Sequence record: SRR20825006_860
Length of the DNA: 61,528 nt
Direction: 5' to 3' (one strand)
Shown: positions 39,798 through 48,645 of the stretch, in pieces
How the letters are laid out: each line of letters starts with the position of its first letter
Position numbering within the stretch: the first letter of the stretch is position 1
Notes under the pieces: generated by a model
Databases searched by the model: none
Told to the model about the DNA's origin: nothing
Seen by the model: the letters and a program-made list of their open reading frames with translations, nothing else
Translations under genes and position numbers: made by a program

Positions 39798-40340
39798 ATG
39801 GCTGAAGCCAAATGGTACATTGTCCATGCTTATTCCAACTTCGAGAAGAAGGTCGCTTCGACCATTCTCGAACAAGCGGAACGCAAAGGACTGGCAGACC
39901 TGATTGAAGACATGCAGGTGCCGACCGAAGAAGTCGTCGAAGTCGCGCGCGGTAAGAAGAAGACCGTCGAGCGCCGGTACTTCCCGGGCTATGTCCTTAT
40001 GAAGGCCGTCATGACGGATGATGTCTATCACCTCGTAAAAGACACGCCGAAAGTGTCGGGCTTCCTCGGAGCAGAAGGTGGCAAGAAACCCCTTCCAGTT
40101 CGCCAGCGTGAAGTTGATCGCATTCTTGGTTCCTCTACCGACTCAGCTGCCGAGCGTCCGCGTCCGCAGATTTCCTTCGAAATCGGCGAACAGGTTCAGG
40201 TCAACGATGGTCCGTTTCAGGGCTTTGAAGGTTCTGTTGAAGAAATCGATGAGGAAAACGGTCGCCTCAAGGTCACGGTTTCCATTTTCGGCCGCGGAAC
40301 ACCGGTCGATCTCGAGTTCGAGCAAGTCGCTAAAGTCTGA
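39798..40340 (+). CDS. nusG: Transcription factor NusG
   Basis: WYIVHAYSNFEKKV, FPGYVL, KOW GPFQGFEG, VSIFGRGTPV. Confidence 0.98.
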   Translation: MAEAKWYIVHAYSNFEKKVASTILEQAERKGLADLIEDMQVPTEEVVEVARGKKKTVERRYFPGYVLMKAVMTDDVYHLVKDTPKVSGFLGAEGGKKPLPVRQREVDRILGSSTDSAAERPRPQISFEIGEQVQVNDGPFQGFEGSVEEIDEENGRLKVTVSIFGRGTPVDLEFEQVAKV

Positions 40341-40426
40341 TTTGCCAGACGAATCAGGTAGAGCGCAGTTCGCTACCGGGTTTTGCTTGAAACAAAACGA
40401 ATTGAGCGGTATTTCCCGCTCATCGT

Positions 40427-40503
40427 GCCGCCTTAGCTCAGTTGGTTAGAGCACTAGATTGTGGATCTAGGGGTCCCCCGTTCGAGCCGGGGAGGCGGTA
40501 CCA
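40427..40503 (+). tRNA. tRNA-His (GUG)
   Basis: Cloverleaf: acceptor GCCGCCT/AGGCGGT, D-arm GCTC/GAGC, anticodon stem CTAGA/TCTAG with GTG at 40461-40463, TTCGAG T-loop, encoded ACCA end. Confidence 0.97.
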
Positions 40504-40757
40504 TTTTTTCTTGTCAATTGTTCCCGACCATTGAAAACATTGGCAATTTGCAAGTTCCAAAAGTTTGACGAGTCGGCAACAATCTGTTGCAATTGGGTCG
40601 CGGTTATAAAAAATGCCGCTGTTCAACTGATACGCGACTCTAATAGGGCTCGAAGTATCTGATAAATGAGTTTATTCAGGAACCATACGTGGTTTGACCC
40701 GTATGAACCTGCGGCCGAGGACAATCCCGTCATTCGGCACACAAAAGGGGATTGAGT

Positions 40758-41936
40758 ATGAAGAAAACTCTTATGTGCGCGACAGCCGCGGCCGCATTTG
40801 CGTCTGCCGGCTTTGTCGCACATGCTGAGGACGGGTGGTACGCCCGCGCCGACGCAACTTACGGATTTTCGGGCCAATTCGACCATGATCCTGCCGACCG
40901 CGATGTCGTCGGTACGATGGGCGGTACGTCCGACGCTGATGAAACCATCGGTTTCGATCTCGGTCTTGGTTTCGGCTTCGACAACGGCTTCCGCCTTGAA
41001 GGTGTCGGCGGCTATGGCGATGACGACCTGAGCGTTCCGGCTGCTTCCTACAATGGTGCTCCATCCGGTGCGGTTCCAGCCACAGCTGGCAACCTGCAGA
41101 CAATGGAACTCATGCTGAACGGCATTTACGACTTCAACCGCGAAGGCGAGATCCAGCCCTATGTCGGCTTGGGTCTTGGTGTCCTGCGCGCGAATGCCAA
41201 AGCGAATAACCTTGTTTTCACCAACGGTACCGATGTTTCCGCTGCTAACGGTTTCTCCGACAGCGACACGGGCTTTGCTTACCAGGGTCTGCTTGGCCTC
41301 GGTTACAAAGTATCTGATCAGCTGACGCTGGATCTGGGCTATCGCTACAAAGTTGCTGAAGGTCTTGACTTCGGTGGCGTTCATGGCGGCCCGAACTATG
41401 ATGCCGATTACGAGGCTCACCTGGCAACTGTAGGCATGCGTTTCGCATTTGGTGCACCGCCACCGCCACCACCGCCTCCGCCACCACCACCACCACCACC
41501 ACCTCCGCCACCACCACCTCCACCACCGCCTCCACCGCCGCCACCACCGACGACGACGACGGATGCCCCTGAAGTTGTGTGCTCCAGCCTCAATCAGGAA
41601 TTCGTGGTGTATTTCGAGTGGGATCGTGCGGATCTGACGAGCCAGGCGGCTGCCGTTATCGACCAAGCGGTCGCTAACATTAATGGCGAAGCCGGTTGTG
41701 CACCGAACACTGTTTCGATCGCAGGCCACACGGATACGTCCGGTGCAAGCGCATACAACCAGCGCCTGTCCCAGCGCCGTGCTGACATCGTGGCAAGTGC
41801 GCTCGCTTCCCGTGGTATCGATTCGTCGATCATCACCGAAGAAGCCAAGGGCGAAACGGATCTTGCAAAAGCGACCCGCGATGGTGTTCGTGAGCCTCTG
41901 AACCGTCGTTCGGAAGTTGTGATCACTGTTCAGTAG
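40758..41936 (+). CDS. OmpA-family outer membrane protein with poly-proline linker
   Basis: Signal peptide, beta-barrel (PYVGLGLG, LDLGYRY), 31xPro, OmpA_C domain (VYFEWD, GHTDTSG, YNQRLSQRRA, NRRSEV). Confidence 0.94.
   Translation: MKKTLMCATAAAAFASAGFVAHAEDGWYARADATYGFSGQFDHDPADRDVVGTMGGTSDADETIGFDLGLGFGFDNGFRLEGVGGYGDDDLSVPAASYNGAPSGAVPATAGNLQTMELMLNGIYDFNREGEIQPYVGLGLGVLRANAKANNLVFTNGTDVSAANGFSDSDTGFAYQGLLGLGYKVSDQLTLDLGYRYKVAEGLDFGGVHGGPNYDADYEAHLATVGMRFAFGAPPPPPPPPPPPPPPPPPPPPPPPPPPPPPPPTTTTDAPEVVCSSLNQEFVVYFEWDRADLTSQAAAVIDQAVANINGEAGCAPNTVSIAGHTDTSGASAYNQRLSQRRADIVASALASRGIDSSIITEEAKGETDLAKATRDGVREPLNRRSEVVITVQ
41457..41549 (+). repeat. (CCN)31 poly-proline coding repeat
   Basis: 93 nt of CCA/CCG/CCT codons, followed by four ACG codons. 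Confidence 0.97.
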
Positions 41937-41953
41937 TCACTGACACTTTCATC

Positions 41954-41987
41954 AAACGGCCCGGCAGTTATCTGCCGGGCCGTTTTT
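41954..41987 (+). terminator. Rho-independent terminator after the OmpA gene
   Basis: AAACGGCCCGGCAG-ttat-CTGCCGGGCCGTTT, 14-bp perfect stem ending in a T tract. Confidence 0.9.
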
Positions 41988-42045
41988 GTATGGGGCCGTG
42001 TTGATCCCACTTGCCGGGCCTAGTTTCCTGTGAAACCAAGAGACC

Positions 42046-43305
42046 ATGGATACATTGCAATCACTCAGCCGCGAAGATGAAGCCGCGCGTGAGCGTCTCA
42101 ATAGCGCGAGCGAAGACATGGTGCAGCGCACCTGTAGTTGGTCTGACATCAATACGGGTAGCTGGAACACAGCAGGTCTTAAAAGCTTCGCGCCTGTTCT
42201 GGCCGGAGCATTTTCAGAACTGCAGGCCCATATTGATGTCATCGAAACTGAGGGTTTCGAAGCCGTGGCCGATAGCGGCAAGACGGAAGTTCAAATGACA
42301 GGACCTGTCATTGAAGTCACCGCGCGGCCAGAAGCTGACGTACAGGTCATTATGTCCGGGCACTATGACACGGTGTTTCCGGAAGGCACTTTCGAGGGGG
42401 TGGCCGACTTGGGGGACGGGCGTCTCAATGGTCCCGGCATGGCGGACATGAAGGGTGGCCTGTGCGTGATGTTGGAAGCGCTGAAAGCGTTTGAAGCCGG
42501 ATCTTTGCGAGACCGACTAGGATACAAGATCGTTCTGACGCCGGATGAAGAAATCGGAAATTTTGCGAGTGCTGAATATTTGACCCGGGCCGCCAAGTCC
42601 GGTGCGATGATCGGTATGACGTATGAACCCGCCATGGAGACCGGCGCCATGTCGGGTGGCCGCAAGGGGTCGGCTGTTTTTGACATCGTGCTGCACGGTA
42701 AAGCGGCGCATGCTGGCCGCGCGAAAGAAGAGGGGCGCAGCGCGATAGAGGCAGCAGCCGAATTGGTGCTCGGGCTGGAGGCGATGAATGGCACACGCGA
42801 CGGTGTTACCCTGAATGTCGGCTCAATTGACGGTGGGTCCGCCGTCAATATCGTGCCAGATCTCGCAGTCGTTCGGTTTGGCGCGCGCGCGCCGGATGCA
42901 GAGAGTGCTGAGTGGGCGACGTCTGAAGTTCGCAGGCTGTTTGAACGTGCGATCGCGCGCGATGGCATCAGCGGTCATCTTCACGGGGGCTTTTACCGTC
43001 CTCCAAAACCCAGAAATGCCGCGCAGCAGGCTCTGTTCGATGCGGTACATGCGACTGGGCAGGCAATCGGCCTCGAACTGGAATTTGTCGATACGGGGGG
43101 CGTGTGCGAGGGCAACAATATCTTTGCTGCTGGCGTCCCAAATGTCGATACTCTCGGAGTTCGCGGTGGTCGCATTCATTCCAATGAAGAATATGTGGTA
43201 ACGGATAGTTTTGCTGAGCGGGCGACGCTGTCAGCGCTTTTGTTGAATCGACTCGCAGATGGCCGTCTGGATGCACGCCGGATCAAATCACTCATGGGTC
43301 AGTAA
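42046..43305 (+). CDS. M20 family metallo-amidohydrolase at the head of the ast cluster
   Basis: SGHYDTVF, GPGMADMKGG, PDEEIG, GKAAHAGR, GGVCEGN, IHSNEE. Confidence 0.88.
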   Translation: MDTLQSLSREDEAARERLNSASEDMVQRTCSWSDINTGSWNTAGLKSFAPVLAGAFSELQAHIDVIETEGFEAVADSGKTEVQMTGPVIEVTARPEADVQVIMSGHYDTVFPEGTFEGVADLGDGRLNGPGMADMKGGLCVMLEALKAFEAGSLRDRLGYKIVLTPDEEIGNFASAEYLTRAAKSGAMIGMTYEPAMETGAMSGGRKGSAVFDIVLHGKAAHAGRAKEEGRSAIEAAAELVLGLEAMNGTRDGVTLNVGSIDGGSAVNIVPDLAVVRFGARAPDAESAEWATSEVRRLFERAIARDGISGHLHGGFYRPPKPRNAAQQALFDAVHATGQAIGLELEFVDTGGVCEGNNIFAAGVPNVDTLGVRGGRIHSNEEYVVTDSFAERATLSALLLNRLADGRLDARRIKSLMGQ

Positions 43306-43306
43306 A

Positions 43307-44344
43307 ATGTCTACACCCTATGTCATGCGCCCGTCGAAGCTGGAGGATCTGCCAGCTCTGATGGAACTTGCTGAACTGTCAGGCCCAGGGTTTACCAGCC
43401 TACCAGTCGACGAGAGTATTCTGGAAAAGAGACTCTCAAAGTCCGAGAAGGCGTTTGCAGGGCGTCTGGACCGGATCGAGTATGGAAAGTACCTCCTGAT
43501 GATGGAGGATGCCGACACGGGCGAGGTGGTCGGATGTTCAGCGGTAAAAGCTGGGACAGGAATTGACCAGCCTTTCTTCAACTATCGGATCATCACACTG
43601 TCTCAAGCCAGCCAAGCTGCTGGCAATATGCGGTTCGACATGGATGCACTGGTGCTGACAAATGAATATGTTGGGTATACGGAAGTTGGTACGCTATTTC
43701 TGAAAGCAAATCATCGCGGGGGTGGGGCAGGTCGTCTTGCTGCGCAATCACGCTATTTGTTGATGGCAACCGACCCCGCGCGTTTCGGGACCAATGTGCT
43801 CGCGGAACTCCGCGGCGTGATTGATCAGAATGGTGTTTCGCCTTTCTGGGAGTGCCTTGGTCGTCATTTCTTTCGTATGGACTTTGACGAGGCTGACCGC
43901 TTGTCTGCGACCACGGACAATCAGTTCATCTGTGACTTGATGCCGAAATACCCAATTTACGTGGACCTGTTGCCGCCAGAGGCACGTGAGGTAATTGGGC
44001 GGTGCCATTCTGAAGGCGTAGGCGCGTACAAGCTCTTGCAGTGGGAAGGCTTCGAATTCGACCGCACCGTAGACATATTTGATGGTGGACCATTGGTCGC
44101 CACGCAGAAGCGACACTTGCGGACGATACGTGAGAGCCAGGAGGTGCGTCTGGAGGTGTCAAATGATGCAGGGGCACCAGAATTCAAGCAAGGACTGGTT
44201 TCGACCGACGAGTTGCCCGACTTTCGCGTGTGCCAGGCTGCCATTGCAATGCGCGACGATCAGACTGCGGTCACGACTGCAGACACTTTTGAAAAGCTTC
44301 AGATCAAGCCTGGAGCAAGAACCCGAATCTGGGTGAGGAGTTAG
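43307..44344 (+). CDS. astA: Arginine N-succinyltransferase
   Basis: GFTSLP, EVGTLFL, AELRGVID, SPFW, LMPKYPIY, VDIFDGGP. Confidence 0.93.
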   Translation: MSTPYVMRPSKLEDLPALMELAELSGPGFTSLPVDESILEKRLSKSEKAFAGRLDRIEYGKYLLMMEDADTGEVVGCSAVKAGTGIDQPFFNYRIITLSQASQAAGNMRFDMDALVLTNEYVGYTEVGTLFLKANHRGGGAGRLAAQSRYLLMATDPARFGTNVLAELRGVIDQNGVSPFWECLGRHFFRMDFDEADRLSATTDNQFICDLMPKYPIYVDLLPPEAREVIGRCHSEGVGAYKLLQWEGFEFDRTVDIFDGGPLVATQKRHLRTIRESQEVRLEVSNDAGAPEFKQGLVSTDELPDFRVCQAAIAMRDDQTAVTTADTFEKLQIKPGARTRIWVRS

Positions 44345-44346
44345 TG

Positions 44347-45801
44347 ATGAACGACGCCGTCTGGATTGACGGGAGCTGGAGGCGTGGAAGCGGAGACGTA
44401 TTCCAGAATTACTGTCCAGCAACTGGTGGTGTGGCTTGGGAAGGTGCTTCCGCGACGGCCGATGACGTACATGATGCCATAGAAAGCGCACGCCGTGCAT
44501 TTCACGGATGGTCTAGAATGCCGCAAAGCGAGCGCACAGCAATCCTTGAGGCTTATGCGGACGAGATTGGCAAGCGCACCGATGCGATTGCCGAGGCCAT
44601 CAGCAAGGATATGGGTAAGGCCCTCTGGGAGTCGCGCGGTGAAGCTGCGACTATGAAGGCCAAGGTGGCTGTTTCGATTGCAGCTCAGGTGGAGCGCGCA
44701 GGCGGGAAAGTCCAGGAAGCTGCATTTGGTTCCATGCACCTGACTCACCGTGCGCACGGGGTAATGGCAGTATACGGTCCATTCAATTTTCCCGGGCATT
44801 TGCCGAATGGTCATATTGTGCCCGCGCTTTTGGCCGGCAACACGTGCGTATTCAAACCTTCCGAACTTGCGCCCAGCGTCGCTGCGATCATGGCGGATGC
44901 ATTTGCTGCGGCAGGACTGCCCGCTGGCGTGCTAAACATAGTTCAGGGTGGTCGTGAGACGGGCGGAGCGTTGTTGAACGCTGATATCAACGGATTGTTA
45001 TTTACGGGTTCTGCCAATACGGGCGTTTTCTTTCACAAACATTTTGCGGGTCGCCCTGAAGTCATTCTTGCGCTTGAGATGGGTGGGAATAATCCCTTGA
45101 TCATATGGGACCCCGCAGACGTGGACGCCGCCGCTGACATCGCGGCTCAGTCTGCTTTTCTTACGACTGGACAGCGGTGTTCCTGTGCGCGCCGGGTGAT
45201 CTTGCCGGAAGGGGCGTTCGGGGACGCTGTGATTGAGGCCATTGTAGCCCGTGCCAAGGAGTTAAAAATCGGAGCGTGGGATGAAGACGATATCTTCATG
45301 GGGCCACTCGTTTCCGAGCAAGCCGCCACAAATGCAGTCGAATTCCAGATGATGCTGTCCAAGAAAGGTGGGAAAAGCCTGCGCCGCCTGAAACGGATGG
45401 ATCGGGGCGGCGGTTTTGTGACTGCAGGTGTGATTGACGTCACGAATGCCACGGACATCCCGGATGAAGAATTGTTTGGTCCATTGATGCAGATTATTCG
45501 TGTACCCGACTTCAATAGTGCTCTGGAACGTGCAAATGCAACACGCTACGGCCTGTCAGGCGGATTAATCAGCGACGATGATGCGCTGTGGATCCAGGCG
45601 CATTCGGAAATGCGGGCAGGTATCCTCAATCGGAATCGCCCGACTGCCGGTGCCAGCGGCGCGATGCCTTTTGGTGGGCCCGGTCTCTCAGGAAATTTCC
45701 GTCCGGGTGCCTACTATGCTGCAGATTACAGTGCCTGGCCACAAGCCAGCCAGGTATCTCAGACTGCCACGCGGATGACCGCGCAAGGTTTCCCAAAGTA
45801 G
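44347..45801 (+). CDS. astD: Succinylglutamate-semialdehyde dehydrogenase
   Basis: GPFNFPGHLPNGHIVPALLAGN, LALEMGGNNP, GQRCSCARR, SGNFRPGAYYAADY. Confidence 0.95.
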   Translation: MNDAVWIDGSWRRGSGDVFQNYCPATGGVAWEGASATADDVHDAIESARRAFHGWSRMPQSERTAILEAYADEIGKRTDAIAEAISKDMGKALWESRGEAATMKAKVAVSIAAQVERAGGKVQEAAFGSMHLTHRAHGVMAVYGPFNFPGHLPNGHIVPALLAGNTCVFKPSELAPSVAAIMADAFAAAGLPAGVLNIVQGGRETGGALLNADINGLLFTGSANTGVFFHKHFAGRPEVILALEMGGNNPLIIWDPADVDAAADIAAQSAFLTTGQRCSCARRVILPEGAFGDAVIEAIVARAKELKIGAWDEDDIFMGPLVSEQAATNAVEFQMMLSKKGGKSLRRLKRMDRGGGFVTAGVIDVTNATDIPDEELFGPLMQIIRVPDFNSALERANATRYGLSGGLISDDDALWIQAHSEMRAGILNRNRPTAGASGAMPFGGPGLSGNFRPGAYYAADYSAWPQASQVSQTATRMTAQGFPK

Positions 45802-45817
45802 AACAGAACGAAGGATT

Positions 45818-47140
45818 GTGAGCGTGGCGCACGAAGTAAACTTCGACGGACTGATCGGACCCAGTCATAATTACGGAGGTCTGTCTGACGGAAATCTTGC
45901 GAGCGCGGCGAATGCGGGTGATATAGCCAATCCGCGAGAGGCCGCCTTGCAGGGTCTGGAAAAGATGCGGATGCTGATCGCACACGGTCTTGTTCAGGGT
46001 GTGCTTCCGCCTCTGCCACGACCGAACTTTGACCTTCTCGTCTCGGCGGGCTTCGGAGGAACGGATGCTCAGATCATTGAAGCGGCTTCGAAAACGGCGC
46101 CCGGACTGCTGAAGGCAGCGTATTCAGCCTCGAGCATGTGGACCGCCAATGCCGCAACTATCTCGCCTTCGGCAGATGCGAGAGACGGCCGATTGCATCT
46201 GACGACGGCGAACTTGTCGACCATGCTGCACCGCGCGCAGGAACATCCGGACACGACCGCGAGTCTGATCTCGATCTTTTCAAATGATGAGAAGTTTGCG
46301 GTCCATGGTGCGCTTCCCATGCATCCAGATTTTTCGGATGAAGGCGCAGCCAACCATGTCCGCCTATGTTCGTCTCATGGGGAAGAGGGGGTAGAACTAT
46401 TCGTCTATGGCCGCGAAGCAGGTGAAAGTACGATCGGGTTCCCATCGCGTCAGTCAAAGTTGGCGAGTGAATCGGTCGCCCGTGGGCACGGGCTCAAATC
46501 CAATCGTTGTGTCTTCATTCGGCAGTCTCGTGCGGCAATCGACGCCGGAGCGTTCCACAATGATGTCGTATCGGTCGGTGCGTTGGATACACTGTTCTTC
46601 CATGAACTTGCATTCGAGGACAGAAATGGCGCGCTGGATGCTATTCGACGCGCGTCTTCCGGCCTGTTTGACTTCAAGCCCGTGATGGTTCCACTTGCAG
46701 AAGTACCCATTGAGGACGCCATTCGCGCCTATCTTTTTAATTCTCAGCTCTTGAAGATGCCCGAAGAAGATCGCCTCGTGCTGGTCGCGCCTACAGAAAC
46801 GGAAAATACTGAATCGACGCGCGCCTATTGCGAACGCCTTGTCGAAAGCAATGGACCAATCGGGAAGGTTATCTACGCCGACGTCCGACAATCCATGCGG
46901 AATGGCGGCGGTCCAGCCTGTCTCAGACTTCGGGTTGTCATGACCGATGATGAGATCGATGCCTGTCACCAGGGCGTGTTGATGGATGAGGAAACCATCG
47001 ACGAGTTGCAGGAGGTTGTCCGACGAACTTATCGGGACCGTTTGGCCCCTGCGGATCTGGCCGATCCCTTGTTCGCAAATGAGTGTCGAGAAGCCCGGGA
47101 GGCCTTGTTGGGTGTGCTTGATCTGGAAGGGCTCTGCTAG
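45818..47140 (+). CDS. astB: N-succinylarginine dihydrolase
   Basis: EVNFDGLIGPSHNYGGLS, SASSMWTANAAT, DEGAANH, FHNDV, QSMRNGGGPACLRLRV. Confidence 0.97.
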   Translation: MSVAHEVNFDGLIGPSHNYGGLSDGNLASAANAGDIANPREAALQGLEKMRMLIAHGLVQGVLPPLPRPNFDLLVSAGFGGTDAQIIEAASKTAPGLLKAAYSASSMWTANAATISPSADARDGRLHLTTANLSTMLHRAQEHPDTTASLISIFSNDEKFAVHGALPMHPDFSDEGAANHVRLCSSHGEEGVELFVYGREAGESTIGFPSRQSKLASESVARGHGLKSNRCVFIRQSRAAIDAGAFHNDVVSVGALDTLFFHELAFEDRNGALDAIRRASSGLFDFKPVMVPLAEVPIEDAIRAYLFNSQLLKMPEEDRLVLVAPTETENTESTRAYCERLVESNGPIGKVIYADVRQSMRNGGGPACLRLRVVMTDDEIDACHQGVLMDEETIDELQEVVRRTYRDRLAPADLADPLFANECREAREALLGVLDLEGLC

Positions 47141-47778
47141 TGATCCGAGTTTATGAGTATTGGCGGTCTTCGGCGTCCTATCGGCTGCGAATTGCGCTGA
47201 ATCTGAAGGGCGCCTCATACGAGACCATTCAGGTCAACATCGCTCCGGGTGCAGATGAGCAGCTTGGTGACGCTTATCGTGGAGTGAATCCGCAAATGCG
47301 CGTGCCGGCCATTGAAGTCAATGGGCAAATCATCGGCCAGTCCATGGCAATACTGGAGTGGATCGAAGAAGCATTGCCGGGACCATCCCTTCTGCCGACA
47401 GATCCGATCGAGCGTCTCGAGGTCCGCGCATTTGCCGACACGATTGCCTGCGACATCCACCCATTGAACAACTTGTCGGTGTTAAAAGAGTTGAGGGTCA
47501 ATTATGGCGCTGATGATGCGGGTGTACGCGCATGGTATCATGACTGGATCCGGCGGGGCTTCGATGCCCTGGAATTGCAGGTCGCAAAGTGGGCGCCGAA
47601 AGCCTTTCTCTTTGGCGAAACGCCCGGGCTCGCGGAAATCACGCTCATTCCGCAGATTTACAATGCCCAGCGATACGACATGAATTTGTCAGCATATCCG
47701 GCCTTGATGGCAATGGCGGAGAAGTGCCTGGCATTGCCAGCCTTCAAGAAGGCTGTTCCTGTAAAGCCTGAAGCCTAG
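47140..47778 (+). CDS. maiA: Maleylacetoacetate isomerase (zeta-class GST)
   Basis: YWRSSASYRLRIALNLKG, QSMAILEW, IACDIHPLNNL, PQIYNA. Confidence 0.93.
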   Translation: MIRVYEYWRSSASYRLRIALNLKGASYETIQVNIAPGADEQLGDAYRGVNPQMRVPAIEVNGQIIGQSMAILEWIEEALPGPSLLPTDPIERLEVRAFADTIACDIHPLNNLSVLKELRVNYGADDAGVRAWYHDWIRRGFDALELQVAKWAPKAFLFGETPGLAEITLIPQIYNAQRYDMNLSAYPALMAMAEKCLALPAFKKAVPVKPEA

Positions 47779-48605
47779 TTCTCTTCACCATCGCGTTCAT
47801 CATCGGTCTCACCGGGACGGCGAATGTCGACGATCTCGACCTCCTCGAAGTCACCGAGAGGCTCTGCCATCTTGCCGACATTCTCGTCGAGCCAGGTTGG
47901 AAATGTCGCAATGAGGTCGCCTCCGGGTGTATCTTCGCTAGTCAGAATCCATAGACCTTTTTCCTTGTGCGCCGGCACGACAATTTGGCAACTCGCCGCA
48001 TCGTTCAGGCGATCGCTGCAATAGGGAAGCGGTTCATCGACAGATGCAGGTTCGCCTGAAACAGCCAACGGGGGAATGCCATCCTTGGTGTCTGAAATGG
48101 ACAGAAAACCGCCGAAGCGTTCCCGCAGGGACGAGTCTTGTTCCAGGCGGGCAAGGATAGATTCCGGCAATGGGCGGTCATGAGCAATGACCAAGGCACG
48201 ACCACGATTGTCGCGTCGGAGATAGGACTCGAAAGCGCGGGTCAGGTCGTCATGAGTCGCATTGTCTCGATAGAGGGGGGCATAGACCTCACCAATCAAT
48301 CCGAGGGGGTCTTTCAGTGACTGGGCCTGACGACGCCCTCTGAGTTCACGTTTCTGCAATTCCGATTGCGTGGTGCCCTTGAGGGCCGAATCTTCACTGA
48401 CGAGGAACACGTCGACACCCCAACCATCCACCCAGACAGGGGCCGTCTCCTCCACCGGGAGGGCAGACCAGCTTGAATCCTCTGCATATTTCAGAGGATC
48501 CAGTTCGAGTTGAGGGCGCGGCGAGATGAAGGTGTTCCAAACCCAAGGACCAGCGCCAATGGCCAGCACTGCCGCAATTGCGATCAATACAGTGAAACGT
48601 TTCAT
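47775..48605 (-). CDS. Membrane-anchored hypothetical protein, DUF3089-like (degenerate)
   Basis: N-terminal hydrophobic anchor; Y-x5-WSALP, VDVFLV, YAPLYR, AFESYL-x3-NRGR resemble DUF3089. Confidence 0.55.
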   Translation of the reverse strand: MKRFTVLIAIAAVLAIGAGPWVWNTFISPRPQLELDPLKYAEDSSWSALPVEETAPVWVDGWGVDVFLVSEDSALKGTTQSELQKRELRGRRQAQSLKDPLGLIGEVYAPLYRDNATHDDLTRAFESYLRRDNRGRALVIAHDRPLPESILARLEQDSSLRERFGGFLSISDTKDGIPPLAVSGEPASVDEPLPYCSDRLNDAASCQIVVPAHKEKGLWILTSEDTPGGDLIATFPTWLDENVGKMAEPLGDFEEVEIVDIRRPGETDDERDGEEN

Positions 48606-48645
48606 CTGCTATTCCTGATATGAAGTTTGTTCTGTGTGAAACAGG

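Noticed and set aside
40504..40620. Possible island integrated at tRNA-His (AT-rich downstream DNA)
   Set aside because: No integrase and no duplicated tRNA 3' end seen; consistent with the OmpA promoter region.
41457..41549. Repeat considered as a CRISPR array or frameshifting phase-variation tract
   Set aside because: It is an in-frame triplet coding repeat with no spacers and no cas genes.
40623..41729. 368-aa minus-strand ORF with W/R repeats, plus His-rich and Val-rich ORFs at the same place
   Set aside because: All are alternative-frame readings of the (CCN)31 proline repeat.
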